Below are positions 9,830 through 16,927 of a stretch of 64,000 nt of DNA, piece by piece. The translations under genes were made by a program, and so were the position numbers. The stretch spans positions 96,001 through 160,000 of the forward strand of contig CAWKDB010000004.1 of assembly GCA_963848295.1 (NCBI GenBank). The letters are read 5' to 3'. Origin of the DNA: an uncultured delta proteobacterium (lineage in GTDB: Bacteria; Myxococcota_A; Polyangia; Haliangiales; Haliangiaceae). The notes under the pieces are model-generated. The model saw nothing but the letters and a program-made list of their open reading frames with translations. It did no database searches and was not told the origin of the DNA. Each line of letters opens with the position of its first letter. Position 1 is the stretch's first letter.

Positions 9830-10942
9830 ATGCGAGCGATCTCGTACGCGATCGCGCTATGCGCGGGTTGCTCGTTCACCGAGCCGGCCGGCGCCATCGA
9901 TGCGCCGCGACCGCCGATCGACGCGCCGAGGTTCGATGCGCCACCGGTCGACGCGATGTTGGGCCCGTGCACGGGCACGCTGGTCGGCACCGGCTTTCAG
10001 ATCTGCCTGCTCGAGCCGCCGACGCAGATGCTGATGGTCCCGGCCGGGACGATCGCGACCGAGACCTCGGCGGCGTGCGCGCCGGCATCGGCCTACACGT
10101 CTTCACCCGACGTCTGCCTCCTGCTCGGCACCTCGGTGAACATCCCGATGAACGTCGTCGCGACGGGCCGGCGGCCGCTCGCGATCGTCGCGACCAATGG
10201 CGCCGTGATGATCGGCGGCGCCGGCGGGGTCGACGTGTCGAGCCACGACGCCGTGCTCGGTGCCGGCACCCGGTCGACGTGCCCGGGCGGCACGGCGCCG
10301 GACAGCGGCGGCGGCACCTCGGGTGGCGGGTTCGCGGGAAGCTACGGCGGCGTCGGCGGCGACGGCGGCCGAGGCGCGAGCGGCGGCAACGGCGGGATCG
10401 CGGCGACGCCGGGAGGATTCACGCGGGTCGAAGGCGGATGCCCCGGTGGACCCGGTGCCGGCACGGGCGCGGGAGCCGGTGGCGCGGGTGGCGGTGCGGT
10501 GTGGATCATCGCGACCACGAAGATCCAGATCGATGGCTCGATCGACGCGTCGGGTGGCGCGGGCGGCGGCTCGACGAGAGGCGATAACGCCGGCGGCGGT
10601 GGCGCCGGTGCCGGCGGCCTGATCGGGCTCGACGCACCGCAGCTGATGGGCACCGGCAACGTGTTCGCGAACGGCGGCGGAGGCGGCGAAGGGTGCGGCA
10701 GCGCCACCGACGGCAACCCGGGCGGAGTCTCACTGGGCCCGACCATGGCCGCGCTCGGCGGAACCGGCGGCGGCAACGGCGGCGACGGCGGCGGCGGATC
10801 GTCCGGCGCGACCCTGTTCGGGGTGAACGGCTTCGACGGTACCGGCGGTGACGGCGGCGGCGGTGGCGGTGGCGGCGCCGGTGTCGTGTGGGTGCGAACC
10901 GGCGTCGCGGGCTCAGAAAACTTCGCGCCTCCTCCAAGCTGA
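9830..10942 (+). CDS. Gly-rich lipoprotein of unknown function
   Basis: Lipobox-like ALCAGC; DAP linker; repeated GGxGG / GAGGGxxI motifs. Confidence 0.75.
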   Translation: MRAISYAIALCAGCSFTEPAGAIDAPRPPIDAPRFDAPPVDAMLGPCTGTLVGTGFQICLLEPPTQMLMVPAGTIATETSAACAPASAYTSSPDVCLLLGTSVNIPMNVVATGRRPLAIVATNGAVMIGGAGGVDVSSHDAVLGAGTRSTCPGGTAPDSGGGTSGGGFAGSYGGVGGDGGRGASGGNGGIAATPGGFTRVEGGCPGGPGAGTGAGAGGAGGGAVWIIATTKIQIDGSIDASGGAGGGSTRGDNAGGGGAGAGGLIGLDAPQLMGTGNVFANGGGGGEGCGSATDGNPGGVSLGPTMAALGGTGGGNGGDGGGGSSGATLFGVNGFDGTGGDGGGGGGGGAGVVWVRTGVAGSENFAPPPS

Positions 10943-11179
10943 CAGAATTGTGGGTATACGTCCGGCGCCGCCGGCCGATGATGACTGCGTGACGCCGCTC
11001 GAGAATCCCGTCCCCATGTTGATGACCGATCCGCTCGAGACCGCCCTGTGGATCGATGCGATGGCCGATCACGCGCCTGCGCAGGGGATCATCAGGACTC
11101 AGCTCGATGATCTCGTCGAGTACCTGCGGCGCTATCGCCCGCGCGCTCGGGCCTGACCGGCTCGTGCTATAGCGCGTGC

Positions 11180-11755
11180 GTGCTCGACGACGCGCTGCCC
11201 GCCGCCGTGAAGACATGGCTCGGCGCGCTGGTCCTGACCGACAAGACGGCGTTGCTCGCCGCGTTCTCCGGTGCGGCGCGCGCGCTCGGCAAGGCGGCGA
11301 TCCCGATCATCGGGCGCGGCACGTGGGGCAGCGACGAGCTCGGTCGCGCCGCGCTGCTCGTGCGTGCGTTCCCGCTGCTGCAACCCGCCGAGCTGTGGGC
11401 GCACGGCGACAATCGCGAGCGTCAGGCCGTGCTCAAGGCGTTGCCGCTGTTGCCCGAGCCCGCGCAGTTCGTGGCGCTCGCGATCGAAGCGTGTCGCGCG
11501 AACGTGCTCACCGTGTTCGAAGCGATCGCCTGTGACAACCCGTACCCGGCCGAGCACTTCCCCGAGCTCGCGTTCAATCAGCTCGTGCTGAAGGCCGCGT
11601 TCAACGACTTCGCGCTCGCCCGGATCATCGGCCTCGGCGCGCGGCGCAACGCCGAGCTCGCGCGGATGGCCACGGACTTCGCGGCCGAACGTCGCGCCGC
11701 CGGTCGGCCGGTGCCCGCCGATCTCGATCTCGCGATAAAGGGAGCCGCTCCATGA
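11180..11755 (+). CDS. eboA: EboA domain protein
   Basis: WxxDELGRAALL, GDNRERQAVLKALPLL, CRAN, NPYPAEHF, FNQLVLK, ERRAAGRPVP; first gene of ebo set. Confidence 0.88.
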   Translation: MLDDALPAAVKTWLGALVLTDKTALLAAFSGAARALGKAAIPIIGRGTWGSDELGRAALLVRAFPLLQPAELWAHGDNRERQAVLKALPLLPEPAQFVALAIEACRANVLTVFEAIACDNPYPAEHFPELAFNQLVLKAAFNDFALARIIGLGARRNAELARMATDFAAERRAAGRPVPADLDLAIKGAAP

Positions 11756-12633
11756 AGCTATTCGATCCGCACATCCACATGACGAGCCGGACGACCGACG
11801 ACTACGAAGCGATGGCCGCCGCCGGCATTCGCGCGATCGTCGAGCCCGCGTTCTGGCTCGGCCAGCCGCGCACGCACGTCGGCACGTTCGACGACTACTT
11901 CCAGGCGCTGGTCGGCTGGGAGCGGTTTCGCGCGAGCCAGTTCGGCATCGCCCACTTCTGCACCATCGGGCTCAATCCGAAAGAAGCGAACAACCCGGCG
12001 GTCGCCGATGGCGTGCTCGAGCTGTGCGCGCACTACCTCGGCAAGGATGGCGTCGTCGCGGTCGGCGAGATCGGCTATGACGATCAGACCGCGGCGGAAG
12101 ACAAATACTTCGCCGCGCAGATCGAGCTCGCCCGCAAGTTCGACCTGCCGGTGCTGATCCACACGCCGCATCGCGACAAGAAGCGCGGCACCGAGCGCAC
12201 GATCGCGGCGGTGCGCGAGCAGAGCTTCCCCGAGGAGCGCGTGCTGATCGACCACAATAATGAAGAGACGCTGCCGCTCGTGCTCGCGACCGGTTGCTGG
12301 GCCGGCCATTCGATCTACCCGAACACGAAGATGGACGAGCCGCGGATGGCGGCGCTGGTCAAGAAGTACGGAGCGTCGCGGATCATCGTGAACAGCGCGG
12401 CCGACTGGGGCGTGAGCGATCCGCTCAAGGTGCCGAAGACGGTCGCGGCGATGCGCGCGGCCGGGATCGGTGAACGCGAGATCGAAACGATCGTGTGGGC
12501 GAACCCGATCGCGTTCTTCGGTCAGACCGGGCGGCTCGCCGCGAGCGATCTCGAAGCACCCGCGCGCTTCGACCAGGCCGAGCTGTTCGAAGGCAACTCG
12601 GTCTTGCGTGGCCAATCGGCGCGGAAGTCTTGA
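11752..12633 (+). CDS. eboB: EboB, TatD-family hydrolase
   Basis: FDPHIHMTSRTTDDY, EPAFWLGQPR, GLNPKEAN, GEIGYD, HTPHRDKK, SAADWGVSDPL; ATGA overlap with eboA. Confidence 0.92.
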   Translation: MKLFDPHIHMTSRTTDDYEAMAAAGIRAIVEPAFWLGQPRTHVGTFDDYFQALVGWERFRASQFGIAHFCTIGLNPKEANNPAVADGVLELCAHYLGKDGVVAVGEIGYDDQTAAEDKYFAAQIELARKFDLPVLIHTPHRDKKRGTERTIAAVREQSFPEERVLIDHNNEETLPLVLATGCWAGHSIYPNTKMDEPRMAALVKKYGASRIIVNSAADWGVSDPLKVPKTVAAMRAAGIGEREIETIVWANPIAFFGQTGRLAASDLEAPARFDQAELFEGNSVLRGQSARKS

Positions 12634-12738
12634 TGTAACTTCGTACATCAACCGTTGTCGCCGCCGCCTGATCGAGCCGGCGATTCGAGTTGCCGGCTGC
12701 CGCGGTTTCAACTTCCCGTAGTTGCGTTCACACGCGCG

Positions 12739-12754
12739 CGGCACGTGCTTTGCG
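12739..12754 (+). promoter_or_regulatory. Sigma54-like -24/-12 promoter
   Basis: CGGCACGTGCTTTGCG: GG-N10-GC with GGCAC and TTGC. Confidence 0.55.
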
Positions 12755-12832
12755 TTCGGCGTGCGCATCATGCGCAGCTTGTTTCACTTATTCCTGCGAC
12801 GAACCGACACGTCGGTGCGTCTGGACGAGGCC

Positions 12833-15655
12833 ATGACCTCGCCTCTTCGCGCTTCGCTCTATCTCGGCGGCCTGTCTGCGGTGCTCGCGAGTTGCACCGG
12901 CACCGCGCCGCCTCCGCCGATCACGACCGTCGACTGCGTCGCCGACAAGTGCGACGGCACCGCGGTCGTGCCGGGTGTCGCCGAGCAGCGGGTGTTCCCG
13001 AACCTGACGTTCAACTTTCCGGTCCAGATGGTGTTCTCGCCGTCGGACAACCATCGTGCGTTCGTCGTCGAGCACAGCGGCACGGTGCGCACGTTCGACG
13101 TGACGTCCGCGAATTCCGCCGACATCGCACTCGATATCTCGAACCGCGTCCACATGGATCCGCCGCCGCACAGCGAAGCGGGCCTGAACGCGATCGCGAT
13201 CGATCCGACCGCGAACGTGATGTACGTCACCTACGACGCGATCAGCCCCGACGATCCGAACAACGCGTTGCGCATGCGCTGGCGGTTGTCGCGGTTCACG
13301 AGCAGCGACGGCAAGTCGTTCGATGCAAACAGCGAGCAGATCCTGATCGAGATGGACAAGAACGCCGACGAGCACAACGCGGGGATGCTCGCGTTCGGCC
13401 AGGACGGCTTCCTCTACGTCTCGGTCGGCGACGGCGGTCCGTCGTTCGATCCGAACTCGTTCGGTCAGAACACGTTCGCGCTCTACGGCAAGATGTTGCG
13501 GCTCGACGTCCACACGACCGCGGCCGACCCGACCGATCCGGTCAAAGGCCCCGACCTGTTTCGGTTTCGCGCGGCGGCGGGTGGCGGTCGCGTGCTGATC
13601 GATCACGACACGACGGACGGCAACGGGACGCGCACGCTGCCATACGGCATCCCGAGCGACAACCCGTTCTCGGATGGCTCGAGCGGTCGCCCGGAGGTCT
13701 ACGCATACGGTCTGCGCAACCCGTGGCGCTGGAGCTTCGACGCCGACGGCACGCTGTGGGAAGGCGACGTCGGCCAAGACGCGTACGAGGAGATCAATCA
13801 GATCACGAAGGGCGGCAACTTCGGTTGGGGCGTGCTCGAAGCCAATCACTGCGCGCCGGGCCACAACCCGTGCCCGCTCGATGGCGCGATCGCTCCGATC
13901 ACCGAGATCCAGCACGGCCCGACGATGAACGCGGTGATCGGCGGCTACAAGTATCGCGGCACCGCGATGCCGCTGCTCGTCGGCGACTACGTGTTCGCGA
14001 ACTTCTCGCCCGGCACGATCTACGGCGTGTTCGACGAGAACGGTACGCAAGCGCCCGAGGTCCTCGGCGGCTTGCCGCAATCGATCTCTGGCATGGCCGA
14101 GGATCCGGACGGCGAGCTCTACGTCATGGATCTGCTCAAGGGCGGCATCTACGAGCTCGTCGCGGGCCCGACGCACTCCGCGACCGGCCAGGCGCCGCCG
14201 TACAAGTTCCTGATGCGCGCCGGCATCGGCACCGACGCAGGTGCGCGCGCATACTACGCCTCGATCATCCCGAACCTCGATCCGACGACGCTGACGATCA
14301 ACGGCGCGCCGTTCACCGAGCAGCAATGGGAAGCGCAGACGTTCGGCTCGCTGCCGACCGTCGCGGGCTACTACCAGAACGCGCTCGACCTCGGGTTCTG
14401 GCGCGACATGGTGTGCACGACGACGATCACGCCGGGCAGCGGCGGTTGCCGCGTTCGCAACTATCGCAACGAGGCCGACAAGAACCCGGCGCTCACCGGC
14501 AACCTCGGTACGGTGACGATGGACGTCAGCCCTCAGGGCTTCACGCGGTTCTACGTGTTCGGCCCGGACAGCACGCTCAGCCCGTTCGCGGTGCTCGACG
14601 ACGAAGGCAAGAAGTTCGTGCCCGAGTTGTGCACGACGTGTCACGCCGGCAAGTACACCGGCGCCGGCTCGAGCCCAGATCTCGGCTCGATGTTCCGCGA
14701 GTTCGAGCCGCGGTCCGACGAGTTCGTCGCGGTCTCTCCGGACCCCGGCAACCTGGCGCCGGTGCTGGTCGAGGAGTCGGACTTGACGCGCGATCAAGCC
14801 GAGGAGCAGTGGGCCGCGCTCAACGACGCCGCGCACGCCGCGAACGCTTCGATCCACACCGAAGCGCAGGGCGCGCCGGTCGGCACCGATCACGCGGTCG
14901 CCGCGACGAACGCGTACATCGAGGCGCTCTACTCGGGGCGCAACCCGGTCGTCGTCCGGCCACCGGACGACCCGGCGCTCATGCCGGAGTCGTGGGGCCC
15001 CCGCACCGGCGAAGACGCCACGCTGGTCGCGACCAAAGCGACGACGTGGGTCCAGCTGTCCTCGCGCTACTGCATGGGCTGCCATCGCTCGAACGCGCTC
15101 GACTTCGCCGATTACGCGAACTTCCAGGCGCTGTCGTCGACGCTCGGCACCGAATCGGTGCTCGACCACTACATGATCGACGACCGGAACGACCCGACCC
15201 GCGCGACGACGCTGTACATGCCGCAGGCCGAGCTCGCGTTCAATCGGTTGCAGCAAGACGTGTCGACGCGCTTCGACTCGGACGACTGGGCGAACCAGGC
15301 GAATTCGCCGACCGTGCCGGTGACCGAGCTCAGCATCGAGGTCGACGGTGCGGCGTTCACGTCGCCTGGCCAAGACGTGTGGATCACCGGCAACATCTCG
15401 CAGCTCGGCAACTGGAATCCCGCGGGCGGCGTGCTGCTGCAGGGAACGCCGATCAACGGGCAATGGACCGGCGTGTGGAAGGGCTCGGTCGTCGTGCCGC
15501 AAGGCATGAACATCCAGTGGAAGGCGACGATCCTCGACAACAGCGGCAAGACCCTGCAATGGGAGCCCGATCTGCCGACGAACAGCCATAACCGCGAATT
15601 CAGCGTGCCGTCGGCCGACGCGTCGAGCGTCACCGTGACCTGGGGGCAGCCATGA
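12833..15655 (+). CDS. Lipoprotein: glucose/sorbosone dehydrogenase (PQQ-type) propeller + two c-heme motifs + CBM20
   Basis: Lipobox LASC; HNAGMLAFGQDGFLYVSVGDGG, YGIPSDNPF, EVYAYGLRNPWRWSFD, DVGQDAYEEIN, GGNFGW; CTTCH (14630-14644) and CMGCH (15071-15085); C-terminal GQDVWITGNISQLGNW...QWK...QWEP...NR (CBM20); alternative start 12770. Confidence 0.88.
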   Translation: MTSPLRASLYLGGLSAVLASCTGTAPPPPITTVDCVADKCDGTAVVPGVAEQRVFPNLTFNFPVQMVFSPSDNHRAFVVEHSGTVRTFDVTSANSADIALDISNRVHMDPPPHSEAGLNAIAIDPTANVMYVTYDAISPDDPNNALRMRWRLSRFTSSDGKSFDANSEQILIEMDKNADEHNAGMLAFGQDGFLYVSVGDGGPSFDPNSFGQNTFALYGKMLRLDVHTTAADPTDPVKGPDLFRFRAAAGGGRVLIDHDTTDGNGTRTLPYGIPSDNPFSDGSSGRPEVYAYGLRNPWRWSFDADGTLWEGDVGQDAYEEINQITKGGNFGWGVLEANHCAPGHNPCPLDGAIAPITEIQHGPTMNAVIGGYKYRGTAMPLLVGDYVFANFSPGTIYGVFDENGTQAPEVLGGLPQSISGMAEDPDGELYVMDLLKGGIYELVAGPTHSATGQAPPYKFLMRAGIGTDAGARAYYASIIPNLDPTTLTINGAPFTEQQWEAQTFGSLPTVAGYYQNALDLGFWRDMVCTTTITPGSGGCRVRNYRNEADKNPALTGNLGTVTMDVSPQGFTRFYVFGPDSTLSPFAVLDDEGKKFVPELCTTCHAGKYTGAGSSPDLGSMFREFEPRSDEFVAVSPDPGNLAPVLVEESDLTRDQAEEQWAALNDAAHAANASIHTEAQGAPVGTDHAVAATNAYIEALYSGRNPVVVRPPDDPALMPESWGPRTGEDATLVATKATTWVQLSSRYCMGCHRSNALDFADYANFQALSSTLGTESVLDHYMIDDRNDPTRATTLYMPQAELAFNRLQQDVSTRFDSDDWANQANSPTVPVTELSIEVDGAAFTSPGQDVWITGNISQLGNWNPAGGVLLQGTPINGQWTGVWKGSVVVPQGMNIQWKATILDNSGKTLQWEPDLPTNSHNREFSVPSADASSVTVTWGQP

Positions 15656-15693
15656 CCCGCGCGGCGACCGCGATTTGCGGCGATACTCGACCG

Positions 15694-16863
15694 ATGACCG
15701 TATCGATCATCCAGCGCGTCGCTGTGATGGTCGAGTATCCGGTCGTGTTCACGCGCGGCGCGTTCGATCTCGCGAACCCCGTGCTCGCCGAGACGCTCGC
15801 GCGACGCGAGCCGGATCGCCGGCATCGGTTCGTCGCCGTGATCGATAGCGGCGTCGCGGCGCGGTGGCCGACGCTCGCCGCCGACATCGCGGCGTATGCG
15901 CGGCGCTACGAGCTCGAGCTCGCCGCGCCGCCGTGGGTGATCCCCGGTGGCGAGGACGCGAAGCGCGACGACGTGCTCGCGCAGCTGCATCGTGCGCTCG
16001 CCGGGCTGCGCATCGATCGTCACTCCTACGTGATCGCGATCGGCGGCGGCGCGATGCTCGACGTCGTCGGCTATGCGGCGGCGACGTTGCATCGCGGCGT
16101 TCGGCTCGTGCGGATGCCGACGACCGTGCTCGCGCAGAACGACGCGGGGGTCGGCGTCAAGAACGGGATCAACGCGTTCGGCGCGAAGAACTTCCTCGGC
16201 ACGTTCGCGGCGCCGTTCGCGGTGATCGACGACAGCGACTTCCTGGCGACGCTCGAGCCGCGCGATCGCATCGCAGGCATGGCGGAAGCGGTCAAGGTCG
16301 CGCTGATCCGCGACGCGGCGTTCTTTCGCTGGCTGGTCGACCACGCGGCCGAGCTCGCGGTGTTCGACACCGAGGCGGTCGAGTACATGATCCGGCGCTG
16401 CGCCGAGCTCCACCTCGCGCACATCGCGGGCGGCGGCGATCCGTTCGAGCAGGGCAACGCGCGTCCGCTCGATTTCGGCCATTGGTCGGCGCACAAGCTC
16501 GAGCTCATGTCGCACCACGCGCTTCGCCACGGCGAGGCGGTCGCGATCGGCATCGCGCTCGACAGCGCGTACTCGGCCGAGGCCGGCCTGCTCGCGCCCG
16601 CCGACTTCGACGCGATCGTGGGCCTGCTCGTCGCGCTCGGACTGCCGACCGCACATGCGCTGCTCCGTGACCCCGCGCTGCTCGAAGGGCTCGCCGAGTT
16701 CCGCGAGCACCTCGGCGGCGAGCTGTGCATCCCGTTGCTCGCCGGCATCGGCCAGGTCGTCGAGGCCAACGACCTCGCCGAGGCCACGCTCCGCCGCGCC
16801 ATCGAACGAATCACGCAGGCCGTTGCCGAAATCAACGCGCCTGTCTCTGCGGCGTCGGTCTAG
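15694..16863 (+). CDS. eboD: EboD, dehydroquinate-synthase-like sugar phosphate cyclase
   Basis: IDRHSYVIAIGGGAMLD, PTTVLAQNDAGVGVKNG, EAVKVALI, GDPFEQGNARPLDFGHWSAHKLE, HGEAVAIG, GLAEFREHLGG; alternative start 15652. Confidence 0.92.
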   Translation: MTVSIIQRVAVMVEYPVVFTRGAFDLANPVLAETLARREPDRRHRFVAVIDSGVAARWPTLAADIAAYARRYELELAAPPWVIPGGEDAKRDDVLAQLHRALAGLRIDRHSYVIAIGGGAMLDVVGYAAATLHRGVRLVRMPTTVLAQNDAGVGVKNGINAFGAKNFLGTFAAPFAVIDDSDFLATLEPRDRIAGMAEAVKVALIRDAAFFRWLVDHAAELAVFDTEAVEYMIRRCAELHLAHIAGGGDPFEQGNARPLDFGHWSAHKLELMSHHALRHGEAVAIGIALDSAYSAEAGLLAPADFDAIVGLLVALGLPTAHALLRDPALLEGLAEFREHLGGELCIPLLAGIGQVVEANDLAEATLRRAIERITQAVAEINAPVSAASV

Positions 16864-16895
16864 CCGCCATTTCCTCGTTTTCAGGAGCGCGGCGA

Positions 16896-16911
16896 TGGCA
16901 CATCGCGTGCT
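16896..16911 (+). promoter_or_regulatory. Sigma54-like -24/-12 promoter
   Basis: TGGCACATCGCGTGCT: GG-N10-GC, ending 16 nt before ATG 16928. Confidence 0.6.
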
Positions 16912-16927
16912 CCAAGCAGGTTCGCTC

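Noticed and set aside
15652..15693. ATGA overlap implying translational coupling of eboD to the dehydrogenase gene
   Set aside because: A GATACT-6nt-ATG leaderless-type signal at 15682-15694 fits a later start equally well, so coupling is not claimed
15694..16863. Housekeeping aroB of the shikimate pathway
   Set aside because: EboD-type motifs (GDPFE..ARPLDFGHW.AHKLE, EFREHLGG) and ebo context; no aroK
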